DNA of 64,000 nt from Phyllosticta citribraziliensis (taxonomy: Eukaryota). This document shows positions 1-12,200 of the stretch, in pieces (position 1 is the stretch's first letter; every line of letters starts with the position of its first letter). Under the pieces are notes generated by a model. That model was not told the origin of the DNA and ran no database searches. It saw only the letters and a program-made list of their open reading frames with translations. A program made the position numbers and the translations under genes. The stretch spans positions 2,356,001 to 2,420,000 of the forward strand of contig NW_027117339.1 in the NCBI RefSeq assembly GCF_038025025.1, given 5' to 3'.

Positions 1-287
1 AACCGGCGAGCGGAAAAGTCAGCGGCACAATTGGGAGAAGGGTAAGGATGGCCGTGATCAAGGCAAGAATAAGAGCCGGCCGCAGCTGCGAGGCGCAGAG
101 TAATCAGTTACAATTCTCCCGAGAGGCCACCACCGCCAATACTCACCACCTGCGCTCCGTCGACCGATATACCGTAGCCGCAGAGGCCAAGGATGATGAT
201 CGCGAGGACGACTTGAACGCCACGCACGACGCGAAACCAGAGAGGCAGCACCACCTTGCCACTGTGCATCCCGAAAATCTGCGCCAT
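1..287 (-). CDS. MARVEL-like small membrane protein, 5' part only (exons 287-147, 85-<1); runs off the window
   Basis: ATG at 287 gives MAQIFGMHSGKVVLPLWFRVVRGVQVVLAIIILGLCGYG, the R..Q..LA...LGL.GY pattern typical of fungal MARVEL proteins. A 61-nt intron (GTGAGT at 146, CAG ending at 86) joins it to a second hydrophobic helix, LRPALILALITAILTLLPIVPL. Confidence 0.7.
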
Positions 288-1542
288 TTTGGGACAGGTT
301 GCCGGCGAGGCGACGGCAAGAAAACAGCAGCTCGTAACGGGGGCTGGCAGCAAGCCACGATGGCTGGAAAATATTGGACCGACACACCTGTTGGCGGCGC
401 AACAAGCCACCTATGTCAATTGCCGTCGAGGACAAGAAAAATGAAGTCGTACAATTCACGCGAGACAGCAATATTCTGGTCGAGCGTGCTGTAGGAAGGA
501 AGAACTTCTGGAGAATTCGACCGGGCCAATCTCGTCGCTCCCTTTGATTAAATGGCACGCAGAGGGAGACAAAGCGCGTCGAGGTCGCAGCCAGGGCGAA
601 CGGATGCGTCGACGTCAGCTCCAACGTGCTGGATACTGGAGCGCAAGGAGCAGCCGTGACAAAGGTTTGTGTGACCGGCGCACTGGCTTGGGACCTTGGC
701 ATCAAGCGGTTTGTTGATGAACTCGGACATTATAAAAGCATCCATGAGCGACAACGGTTTCTGCGTCACGTCAGTTGGTGGAAGATGAACAAAAAGCTGT
801 CTGAATCAAATGGCCTACCGGTTTGAAGTTTTGCCAAGCAGTGTCGAAGTCGTGAGACAGGCCAGGACTAGAACGCTCATCGCCGTCATGAACTTGTAGA
901 AGGAAATTTTCTAGAGGCGAACGTCACAGGCCCAATTCATCTCTTTGGAAAAAAGCTAAAATAGGTATCGAACGGCTTCAACCAGAGATGCAAAAGGATA
1001 ACAAAGACGATTGAGCGGCAAATAACAAACATGAACAACGAAGAAAGTCGTAACCTGGCCGTGGGACGCATCCACGCTTGAAAAGCCCGACAGAAAAGCC
1101 TGATGATGGTGTTGTACAGTACGATTGTAGTGAGCCTAGCACGGTAAGCTGCGAGACAAGGACTTGAAGACCTCTCCAGCATGCACACCCAACTTTTTTC
1201 GCAGTTAGACGACGAAGAAGGAAACAAAAAGGAAAAAGAATTCTACCGACGATGAGCTGAAAAGGAGACGTCGCGAGAGAAGATTCGACCGCCTTGCTTC
1301 GATCTTGACAGTGAAAACGCCAAATTCCCCCTGCTTTCGTGGGTGGCCAACCGTCCCAGCGCTCCAAGCAAACCCACACGCAATGTTCTTTGCAAAGTCG
1401 CCATCGTGTACTGGACTTTGGCAGCACTCCTGACGCCTTGGGCCGATCCTGATGTGGATGGATGGTAAAACTCCACCGGCGCCAGTATGATAGTACAACG
1501 CGTTAAGGAACATTAAACCACGGATCTTCCGTCCTTGGTGAA

Positions 1543-3555
1543 TTAGCGGCCCTGTTGTTGTGGCGAAAGCTGCGCCCGCAGTTGCGCAACTTCGTCTTGT
1601 AGTGCCATTATTCTTGCATTAGCTTCGTCCTGTCCTCTCACCATGCGCTGCTCCAGGGTTCGGATGTACTCCCAGAGATCGGGTTCACGGCCACCAAAGT
1701 ATTCGCGCAGGCTTCCGCCGCTGCTGGGGCCGTGGCTCGACAAGCTGCCCTGGTTCGACGAGCCGCCCGATGCAGAAATTTGGTTGTGGAGCATGCTGGG
1801 GCCAGGCTGACCAGACTGAGATCCCGCCTTTTGGTGTCCAGCGCTCATCTTGTTCACAGGTATGCGCATGTCGTTGGAGAGGCCTGGGAGAGAAGGAAGG
1901 TGAGGGCCGGGCGCGTGTGAGGTGCTAACTGGAGGAGGGAGGCTCATGGGGGATGAACCCCTTCCAATACCTCTTTGTTGGTATTGCTGGTGAGCTTGCT
2001 GTGGCATGTTTGGAGAGCGGCCGCCCGGTATGGCGCCCTCGAGTATGCCTTGGTGGCGCTGAGCTTCAATCTGACCAGGCGAAATGGGTTTCGGAGACTC
2101 GGTCATGCCGCCTTGTTGGAATACGGGCGGGGCTTGCTGTTGACCAGCGTAGTGCACAGAAGACAGACTAGTTCCCATGGTCTTTGGGCTTGGGTGCCCA
2201 GATGGGTCTCGCGATGTTGGGGCGCCCGTCGAGCTCGGGGGATACATGGGACGCACATTGTTGCCCGCAGGACGCCCCTGTACTGGAGGATATGTGCTCG
2301 AGTGCTGCTGATACGACGAATGCGAGCCAGAGCGATCCTTTGAAGACGGTTCACTGACCCTGCGAGGCGAAGGGTCATCCTCGTCCATTCTGTCATCGTC
2401 GCCGCCGTCGCCATGATAAACAAGGCCGTCCATGCCCTCTTCGTTCTTCCCTTCTCCATCCTCGTCGACGCCAAAGCTCGACCGCCTGCCAGCGCAGCCC
2501 CCTTGTCCTTTATTGTGCCGAGCCAGCGCGTCGCCACGGGCAAACTTGCGGCCACACTTGGGGCATGTGTGAGGCCGTTCACCAGTATGAAGCTTCGTAT
2601 GGCGTTTCAAGTCATGCAGACGGCGAAACCTCGCTTGACAAGTGGGGCATTCGTAGGGCTTCTCCTGGCTGTGGGTAAGAAGGTGGCTTTTGAGGTTATG
2701 ATGGCGGGTAAAGTCGGTAGCGCAATAGGGACACTTGTGTCGTTTGGTGGTGCTGGGAGACCTCGGGCTGTTGTTTTGACCATAGCCAGCCATTGGCATG
2801 CTGAGCACCCTCGTGGGCTGGCGCTGGTCATGATCTGGTGGCGCCGGTACTGGAAAGGTCTGAGAGCGATTGTTGTTGAAGCCTTCTCCCGGCTGAGGAC
2901 CTGAATTGGCAGCGACACCCGAATCACGGGAGCCGTCGGTGACTGGCATGCCGCCAGACCCGAATTGCCCAGGCCCAGCAGGCGCCGTGTCTGTGGCATT
3001 GGCCGTCGCAGTCCCAGCAGTTGTGCTGTCCAAAGAGCCAAAGCTAGATACACTTACTGGGCTCGTCTGCATGTTTTCACCACCGGCCACCGAGTCTGGA
3101 ATTGATATGTTTTTGGCCGCCTTGGCGAGGGGTTCGCTAAGCGTGGTCGCGGCGGCAGGGGCGTCGCGAGCTTTGGTCATGCCGTTGTCGCCAAGGAGGT
3201 TTGTCAAGGCGCTGATGGCCGGGTTGGGGGATGTTTGATTGGAGATTTCCCTTTTCCTCTCTTCCCTGAGCCGACGGTCCTCAGCCATGGCCGCCGCGCC
3301 AGTGAGCGGCTGAGGAGAAAAGGTGCGTGTTGTTTTGAAGCCTGGAGACTTTGGCGTGCGCGTGCTCGTGGTGGGCGAGGGCAAGCTCGGGTCCAAGGCA
3401 ATGGTAGGGTTTTGGGAGGTCTGAGGTTTGAACGAGTTGGCACCGCCGAGAGGCGGGTCAACAGGAGACACGGATGTGGGCGTGTCTGGAGCGGCGCGAG
3501 CGGAATGGAAAGGGCCGGCGTGCGTGGAGGGCGTGAAGGCTCCTGTAGATGCCAT
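1543..3555 (-). CDS. C2H2 zinc-finger transcription factor (3 fingers, C-terminal coiled coil), 670 aa
   Basis: Three canonical fingers: CPYC..HLLTH, CPTC..HTKLH and CPKC..ARH, with SQEKPY and TGERPH linkers. Flanks are low-complexity Q/P/S and the C-terminus has a heptad pattern. Confidence 0.93.
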   Translation of the reverse strand: MASTGAFTPSTHAGPFHSARAAPDTPTSVSPVDPPLGGANSFKPQTSQNPTIALDPSLPSPTTSTRTPKSPGFKTTRTFSPQPLTGAAAMAEDRRLREERKREISNQTSPNPAISALTNLLGDNGMTKARDAPAAATTLSEPLAKAAKNISIPDSVAGGENMQTSPVSVSSFGSLDSTTAGTATANATDTAPAGPGQFGSGGMPVTDGSRDSGVAANSGPQPGEGFNNNRSQTFPVPAPPDHDQRQPTRVLSMPMAGYGQNNSPRSPSTTKRHKCPYCATDFTRHHNLKSHLLTHSQEKPYECPTCQARFRRLHDLKRHTKLHTGERPHTCPKCGRKFARGDALARHNKGQGGCAGRRSSFGVDEDGEGKNEEGMDGLVYHGDGGDDDRMDEDDPSPRRVSEPSSKDRSGSHSSYQQHSSTYPPVQGRPAGNNVRPMYPPSSTGAPTSRDPSGHPSPKTMGTSLSSVHYAGQQQAPPVFQQGGMTESPKPISPGQIEAQRHQGILEGAIPGGRSPNMPQQAHQQYQQRGIGRGSSPMSLPPPVSTSHAPGPHLPSLPGLSNDMRIPVNKMSAGHQKAGSQSGQPGPSMLHNQISASGGSSNQGSLSSHGPSSGGSLREYFGGREPDLWEYIRTLEQRMVRGQDEANARIMALQDEVAQLRAQLSPQQQGR

Positions 3556-3599
3556 GTGGTGGACGTGTAGAGGAGGGAGAAGAGCGGAATGTACGAGGG

Positions 3600-3771
3600 C
3601 TACAAGTCAATGAGCAGCCGACGAACGAATCCTGAGGGGCCATCAGCAATGTGGACGCGCTGGCGAGGAGCGAATCGCGGGGTTACGCGGCGCCGACTGA
3701 GTTTGTTGCTCGTCTGAGGAAAGGGCTTGCGGCTCTCGGTTGAGCTGACTGGGCGCAGTACGGCTACTTAC
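3600..3771 (-). other. Putative 172-nt 5'-UTR intron of the C2H2 gene
   Basis: Consensus donor GTAAGT at 3771. Branch-like GCTCATTGAC and acceptor TTGTAG end at 3600, leaving a 44-nt UTR exon before the ATG at 3555. Confidence 0.6.
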
Positions 3772-4716
3772 CGAATATTTGCGGCGCAAGGGTCCAAGCT
3801 GTAGTAGGCTCGAAGGGGCTGCGGCAGGCGGGAGGGAATGTTTTTCTTTTTTGCCAAATGTCCCCGATGGTCGTGGTCAAAGGCGGCGCATTTCGACGCG
3901 AGAAGCCATCAACGAGTTCGCAGAGTCGGGAGTGCACGGCGCGGGGGGCGAGAGGCGGCAGTTTGTCGAGCCGCGGGTGTTGTCGCTGATCGCTGAGAGA
4001 GCAATTGAACTCAAGGTGGCTCGCGCGCAAAGGCCGGGCCCGAACGAGAAAGTCGTCGGAAGAGGGACGAGATGAGCGCCAGACGACGAAGCAGCAGGCT
4101 AGTGGGACGGGGATCAGCTATGGTCGAGGATGTCGAGACATGCGACAGGCGCTGCTGCAAGGCTTTCGTGGACAGCAGGGAAGCGCAGCAAGACGAGGAC
4201 CAGGGCCAAGAGCGCGGGTGAAGGGAACACGAGTGATGGATTTTGGAGAGGGGAGGGCGGAAGGATAGGCACGAGCTAGAGGGGAGAACAAAAGAAGAGG
4301 TGGGAAAAAGGTGGTGGGAGCGATGTTTGGTGATGGCGGTGTTGGTGATGATGTTATGGCCGGTGGCTGAGGACGGGACTACTGACCTGACGGGAGCCCT
4401 GCACCCGCGTTGGGCCAAGCAAGGCACTGGGCGTGGGAGTCAAAGACGGCGGTTGATGGAAATTGGCGCCGCACAGCTTGAGCCGGGCCTTGGGTGGGTT
4501 CGAGGTCGAGGTCGAGGCTGGGCTGGGGGAGACAAACTGGATGGCGAGGAGTGAGTGAGTGGGTGGAGTCGTCGAGGAGCGATGGTAGGTAGGCAAAATG
4601 TGGCGAAGCAACTTGGTTAAGACAAGCGATGCAGCGTGACGAAGCGACGAGGGGGCGGCGGCGGCGGCGGGCGGCGGGAGAGTTGGAGGCCTGGCTCACT
4701 CACCTCTGGACGTCAC

Positions 4717-4924
4717 CTACCCTACCCTACCTTACCCTACCCAGTCTGTCTGTCAGCACCGCACCTCTTCTATTGCTTCAAACAAAACATCCACAATGTC
4801 ACCTGTTCTCTCCTCGAGCCTCTCCTCCCCTCGAGAGCTCCCGTCCTTCTGTTCTCGGTCCACGGTCCACGGTCCCCCGTCCCCATCCCCGTCCCCGTCC
4901 CTGCCTTGCCTTGCCTTGCCTTGC
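4717..4924. repeat. Pentanucleotide microsatellites (CCTAC)n ~4717-4741 and (CCTTG)n ~4904-4924
   Basis: Directly visible tandem units. Confidence 0.8.
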
Positions 4925-7900
4925 TGTGCTCTGAGCCTCTTGGAAGCCTGATGAACGCTCCCCATCACCCTCGCCTCCAACGCTCGAATTGCAATGCTCA
5001 CCGCTTTCGTGTCCATCTTATCCGCTCCAGTCCCTACTTCACAGCCTCACCCGTGCCTTGGTCACAGCGCTGCCTCTGTCGACAAAGCTTTCTACGCGAT
5101 CGACAGGAACAGGCACAGTACGCGCCACAGCACCTCCAGCGACGACTCCAGGACTCCGTGGCATCCACGAGTTGCGCACGATTCAGCAATGCACGCTACA
5201 CGTACAGGTGCACGTGGTGCCTTTCTCTCGTCTAAAAACAGCTCGAGACGGGTCCTGTATGAAGCCAGCTTCGCAGGGGCTCTGCTCTACTCCTTCCCGG
5301 CCCCCTCGGGCCAAGTGGCTGGTACGCCAAGCCATGTAGCCGCGACGACGTTTTCCATTCCACCACCCATCGCATCCGTCTTCCTCCAAAGCAAACGACA
5401 ATTGCCGACCCTCTGTGCATTTTCTGCGTCGTGTATGCTCTCGCTAGTCACGCCATGGCGCTTCCTTGTCCAATCGACCCGAGCCTCTGCAGAAATTTGA
5501 TTCCGCATGCAGCACATCCCAGTCGCTGTCCGCTTCCGCCCGGCGGCGCTTTGCAACGATACTTTGGACCTACAGAACAACCCAACCGGCCAGACAGCTG
5601 TTGCTGGACGGGTACCTACAGGCCAGGCTGAAACCCCACCGCCCAACCCCCAACATGGCCCATGCCTGCCGTGACGCCTTCTCTCGCCCTCAGCTGTGGC
5701 TAGGATACCACGATACCGAGCTGCGGCTATCGGCTCGTCCGGAACAAATGCGTGGCTGTGTCGTGGCGCCCGACTTGACCATGTGCGTCCTTTTGCCAGG
5801 CCATGATCTGCGCGCTGCCAGGCCTTCCACGCTGCAAACCCGGTCAAGATAAGCGAACCTGCTCCAGTGGGTACGACTGCTACTTGCGACGCCGACGCGC
5901 GCTGCTCTGTTTTGTCTGTCCTCTTATGCCTTGTCCTTGGCCAACACCCCCAGACTAGAATCCTGTCGCTCCCAGTCGTACCGTCATCGAAATCGCATGC
6001 GGGTCCGCCTCCCGTATGTGCGAGCCCGCGCGTGCTAGGGGCGCATCGAAGATCACGTCGGGATCATTGACGTGGCCGGCGTTGCCGACGACTCAGCGGC
6101 CCTCGGCGGCCGCGTCTGCCTGCCCTCAGAGGCCATTGAGGCTTGGGCGCTCTCGCTTTGCCAATGGCGGTGCATTTGCTGAGGGGCAACTGTGGGCAGA
6201 GGTAACGTGGGCGGCGGGGAACATCAGCGAGGCAAACGTTTTCGTTGGCTTTTTACGAGGGCCACTCGTTGCAGCTGTCGCGGCCCCCCCCGGAACGCGC
6301 AACCACTTACAATGCCGCTCTGGTTGGTGTTTTGCGGAACACGAACGACACGGACTGCCTTGGAGATTGGGAGTGGCGCATCCGCGACGATTGCGCCTGT
6401 CTTGGTTCAGTGGAGAAGCTCAAGGCGGGATCTCGAATACGCTGCTATTGGATGCGGATTGATGTGCAAAGAACCAGGTTTGGTTGGAAACGAGTGGCCC
6501 GCCCGCATCAGGGGCATGGAAACTTCATGTCACAGGCGTAGGTGAATACGCTCAGGCTTCGTATCCCCCTTCATCGAGGAACAACGAGACCGATCCTCGC
6601 GCGGATATGGGAAAGACAAAGCTCGATTACCAGCATCACAGCTTGCTCCCTGCTTATTCGACTCCCAGCACTGCAGCTGGGCCGAAGGAGCAGTCATTCG
6701 CTACATCATCGAGGCTGGACTTAGGGAGCAGTCATTCATCTCACCATGATAATGCGCCTAGGGGGCTACCATTGCTCCCAGCACACGATGAGAACACATG
6801 CGTCCATCAATCGACTTTCCATTCGCAATCGCAATCCCCTTGTCAAAAATTTGCACTGGCCAAACTTTCACCTTCCGCGGCAGCGGCATCGAGTCATTCC
6901 CTCGACCCGTCGAATAAGCTTAATTCGCGCAACAGCGGAACCGCTTACCGCCGCTTTTTCTCGAAGGAAGGCGGAAGGTGGGGAGAAGGGAAGAAAAAAA
7001 AAAGCCCAAGTCAATAAAATTGTCCTCGTATCGTTACGGCTACCAAGCTCCGCGCCCAAATTCTTGTAGACTGAAGGTGATCTGGCTCCAGCCATGACCG
7101 GAAATACGATGATTCGGCCATTGTAATGTCGTCGTCAACTATGCGGGCGTCGACGTATCGCTGCTCGTTGAGGTCAGGCCAGAGGTGGGATGTCGATAGG
7201 GACGATTAACACTTCATATGCATAAACGAACCTCCTTCCGTTTCCTCGAGCGCCCCCCGACATACTCCGGCTCCCCGTCTCTCCATCTACTAACCTGTTC
7301 GCTAAGGCAGGACACGTACATGTAGTCACAGCGCGCAAGACCAGACAAGATACAAATTCCTACGTACAGACACTTACAAACGCCGACCATTCGCTAACCA
7401 ACCGCGACGCGCGCCCTGTCTTGCTCTGCTCTCCCCCCGAATAAACAAACTCAACTTGCTTGACCACAAACACCCCCCCGACCCCACCCCACACAGGCAA
7501 ACCCCCCCAATCGAAACCTAACCTATCCCGCTGGTCTCCGGCGATCTCATGGCCGCCACAATTCCTTACGTATCCACGACAGCCCTCATCAAGCGATGGC
7601 GAGCAAGCGAGGGCATTCAAGCAATCGCATCGCACATCGCATCGCATCGCCCGTCGTATATCGGGTTGGACCCAGTCCCAGCGTGCTGGATACGTGCAGA
7701 TACGCCACTCTTGGTGAGGACGAGCGCATGTACACTTGAGCGCCCACCACGCCTTGTCTGCTCTGTTGCCGTTGTTGCCGCCGCCGCCTAGAAAGCTCCA
7801 GGCTCAAAAAGCAGACGAGTAGACTTGCTCCAAGTCGTCAGCCCAGTTTTTTCCACTCCTTATTTAACGCTTCCCGGCCAGAATCAATCGCTGCATCCAC

Positions 7901-8500
7901 TCCCTCTCTTTCCAATCATCAAGGTCGACAACGCCGCCGTCCGAGGAATTAGATGAAAGGAAGAGATTTTCCGTCAAGGAGTGCAATGTGAGAGATGCCT
8001 CTGCAGCCTCTCTCCCCTCACACCGGGCCTCCTCTTCCTCCTCCTCCGCCCTACCACCATCCTTGTCCCCACATACGTCACGTCGTGTGGCAGAGTTTTT
8101 GGGCGTTTTAAGCTCGAGTCGGCTCGTCCGTGCTCGCGCACACGCCTACCTATCAGGAACCAGACTTGCGGACATGGATAGGGGTCCGGGTTGGGGAGAC
8201 AGGCGGGTGTCGGGAGCGCTCTTTCCCGTGCGGGAGGTTCGTTCAGGTTGGGGACGGGAAGGAAGGGAAGGGAAGGGGTCAGCGTCAGCACTCTCGGACG
8301 GTAAGGGGCAGTAAGGGGAATGTGCTTACTTCTGCTGCCGATGTCTCACTGTGAGTGTATATGTAGTGTCTACTGCCGTACAGACTCTTGTCCCCAAAAA
8401 TTTCTCACGACGCCTATTTCGTTTGCAAGTCATACACGGGCACTCCAACTGCGTTGACGGCACACCCCACATACCCACCTTTCCACCTATCTTCCCTACC

Positions 8501-9061
8501 ATGGAAGTATACCATCAGCTGAATCACTGCGTACACAAGGCTTGGAAGCAAACGTCGTGGCACGCGTACAAACCACAAGAGATTGCGGAGCAGGAATGGA
8601 GCATTCCTGCATCCATCTCAACAGACGACGATTCACGAGAAAATCATCATTCAAGCCAAACTAACGCTACGCTGATCCAGCGCATTTTGGGTGGGGAGGA
8701 GCATTCCAGAGCGTTCGAGGGCTGGAAATTCTGGACTGCCACAGTCGTAAATGAATGCTCCCTAGGTGCGCACATATTGCCGGAAGGTCTCATTTCTTTC
8801 GACACGATCCACTGTGCGCGCGTTTCTTCCTACATCCTGCCATGTACTCTTGCAAGCAGTTTCTCCTTCTGGACCAGGAGCTTGATTGTGTTGTCACGGC
8901 TTCCGACCTGCGTGCATCATCGTTCTTTGTGTGTGCCTATCCACATATTGTTTGATGAGCGGGCCTTTCCTTGGAGTTTGGTTTTGGAACCTGCAGCGCA
9001 CGTAGCTGGTTCAATCGAGCAAGCTGGTCCCAAGGCACGACGAGATAAGACGCACGCATAA
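8501..9061 (+). CDS. Possible orphan ORF (186 aa), no recognisable domain
   Basis: ATG in a strong context (CCTACCATGG) after a pyrimidine-rich leader. No motif recognised and the composition is not clearly coding. Confidence 0.2.
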   Translation: MEVYHQLNHCVHKAWKQTSWHAYKPQEIAEQEWSIPASISTDDDSRENHHSSQTNATLIQRILGGEEHSRAFEGWKFWTATVVNECSLGAHILPEGLISFDTIHCARVSSYILPCTLASSFSFWTRSLIVLSRLPTCVHHRSLCVPIHILFDERAFPWSLVLEPAAHVAGSIEQAGPKARRDKTHA

Positions 9062-9279
9062 CCATGAGAGAAAGACTTCCAACGTCTGTCGTACATTTTG
9101 GATATTGACGAGAAACAAGATGAGCAGCAGCAGCAGAAGCCCGCCAACAACGCAGGTCTGCTGTGATGGATAGATCCAGGGTCCAAGCAACTCCCGAGTC
9201 TTTCGACCAAACAACCTTGTGCCCGGGGAGAATTTTCACTTCCTCACGCTTGCGTTTCGCAAAGGCTCGGTCCATGGGC

Positions 9280-12200
9280 TTAGGCATACATGTCCTCATC
9301 GCCTTCGGCCGCATCGCCAAAGCCGCTACTGTCATAATTGCCCTTCCCCTTTCCCTTGCCTTTTCCTTTGCTCTCGCCATTCGCATCCCCCTGGACCACT
9401 GTCGTCGCCGCCGCATTGCTGCTTCCATTGATGAGGTGGTCAGTTCGAATGACGTACTCGTCCTCATCGCCATCATCGTCAGGCGAGACCTCTCGCACAT
9501 TGTGAAGGACGCCGCCTCCGTTGGTTGGTTCACTGGTTGGCTGCGCATCAGGACCAGCCGCGGCAGCGGCAGCGGCGGTTTTGCCCTTGCCTTTACCCTT
9601 GCCGTTGCTCGACACGGCGCTTGGCTGTTTGCCATCGGCAGACGGAGTCGTCCCAGCAGGAGGTGCCGCGGGCGATATCCTCAGCCCCGCAGCCGGAGGT
9701 GGAAGCACCTGCCCTTGTGCCTGACCACCTCCACTCACACTCTTACTCTCCTTTCCACCTTCCTCAAAGGTCCGCCTGACGCGCTCGTAGTGCTGCAGCT
9801 CATCGGCACTGACGCTGGGCACGAGTTCGCGCTTAGCCGAGAAAAAGTCGTCTTCGGTGACGACGACGGCCGTGTCGGTGTCGGCGGCAAAGTGGTCGAA
9901 GAAGTAAGCCGTTGAGATGGGCGGCTTGGGCGGTGTCTCGGCGGCGCGCGACGCGTTGATGGACGCAACGCGTGCGTCGACGGCGCGGGCTTGCCGCGTG
10001 ATGGCGTGCAGCATGGCGTCGGAGCACAGGGCGTAGAGGTCGGCACCGGTGAAGGTGAAGGGGAGGGACGAGGCGACATTGTGGAGGTTTAGTTCGGGGT
10101 CGAGGGTAAATCTGGTGCGAGTTAGCAACGGAGCACAGTGATCGATGGGGTGATGGAGACTTACTTTCGTGTCAACGCTTCCAAGATGGTCAACTGCTTG
10201 TCGTGAGTGTCGCTAACACCAAGGTACAGCATCTTGTCAAAACGACCCGGTCTCAGCAACGCCTGGTCCAGCAAGTCTGGTCTGTTGGTAGCACCAATGA
10301 CAAACACGCCGCCGCCGCCACCGTCTCCGTCGCTCATGCCGTCCAGCTCGGCCAGAAGTTGGGACACGATGCGGTCCATGACACCGCCGCTGTCTCCCTG
10401 GTTGCCTCTCTTAGGAGCCACCGAGTCCAATTCGTCAAAGAAGACGACACAAGGTCTCGCGTCCCTTGCGCGCTGGAAGACGCGCCGTACATTGGCTTCT
10501 GACTCTCCAATGTACATGTTCAGTAGCTCAGGACCTTTGACCGAGAAGAAGTTGAGCGAGAAAGATGTTGCAATCGCCTTGGCCAACAGTGTCTTGCCCG
10601 TTCCAGGAGGCCCGTAGAACAGGATGCCACTTCGTTTCTTCATGCCACGAGCAAAGAGCTCTGGCCTTTGCAAAGGCAACTGGATGGTTTCGGTCACAGC
10701 ATCCTTGACGTGCCCCAGACCACCCACGTCACTCCATTGCACGTTGGGAATCTTGGGCGCACCAATGGCGTCGGCAAAGTTCTTGCGGGCTGCTTCCACT
10801 GCTGCAATGAGATCCGCACATGTCAAGCTGACGGCGGAGGGGCCACCAGCGACCTCCAAGTCTTGGATTGTAAGAGGTGCATCCGAGGGTGTGGCGTTGT
10901 TCGAAGCAGAAATCAACGAGTTCAGACGGCTGCGCTTCAAGACAAGGGCGCGGTCAATGACATCGACAAGGTCGCCGGCGACGAGGGCTGCAGTTTTGAC
11001 CGCAATGTTCGACAAATCTACGTCCGGCGACAGCCTAATCCCACGATCTTCGACGATGTTGTTGAGAATGCCCTCTCTTTCTCCCTCATCAGGAGCAGAC
11101 ATTTCCAGCTCGTGCGTAAAGAGTCCCCGAATTCCATCGGGGATTTTTTCGGCCTCTGTGCTCGTTGCGATGAGAACGCGAGAGTCTGCAAGAATTTCTT
11201 TGAGCGCAGAGACCATGCGGTCCGCGTTGAGAGCGTCTATGTGCTTGATTACGAGAGCCGTGTGTTCAGGACCACATGCTAGGACCCTCTCGGCTCTCGC
11301 TTTCAAGGTGGTTTCCGTCTTGACATCTCCGCCGCCAGCGCCTTCGGTCAGAATGTCAAAGGCATCGATTGAGAATGCGTGCAAGCCCAAATCTTCACAG
11401 GCCTTGGTGACTGTTGTTGTTTTGCCAATCTGACGTTGCGAAGACGTAAGGAGGAGGGCCAGCGGAGGAAGGCCAAGGTGCATGGCGCGCGGGCTAGTTG
11501 CGGCCGACACCAATTCTCGGACGCGCCGACGAAGAGCAGAGATGTAAGGTTTGGGTAGGTCTGACATGCTCGTAGGTTTGCTCGTGGCTCCACCCGAAGA
11601 AGCGGGCGCCCGTTTAGCTCTCAGGTAGTATTGCCAGGAATTCGACATGGCTGACGGGACTCGGCCTTGCTCACTGCCGGCCTGCTTCATTTTGGTATTT
11701 GTCGCATCCACAGAGACGACTCCTCCCCAGATGTCGTTGGAGATATCGCCGTTTTCGTGAGCCTCTGCAGACACAGCTGGTGTAACGCTTCCGACTTTGA
11801 ACCACGCGACACTCTTAGGTCTGCTTCCAGTGTCTGAAGAATTGTCGGTTTTGGCTGTAGAAAGTAATTCTCCAGCTGCCATCTCGCCTTCGGGAGTCGA
11901 GCCTTGGAAAACGGCTCTGCCCAAGTCCTCGTCAATAGCAATCGCTACAAGGTCACCGCTCTTCAAAATGCGACGCTTTTGCTCGAAAAAGTCCTTCAGC
12001 CCCGTAAAGAGACTTGGCTGCAGGGACTTTTCCATCGAGAGAGGCGTAGAGACTTTGACAATGGTAACTTCAGCAGCAAAAGAAGGCAATGAAGAAGCAG
12101 TGATTTTCGGCTGCTTGTTGAACGCTTTTGGCAGGCTAGACGTGGAAGATTGAAGGGCTGAGATGCGCAAGTGAGAGGGATTGCCGATATTTGTTAGGAG

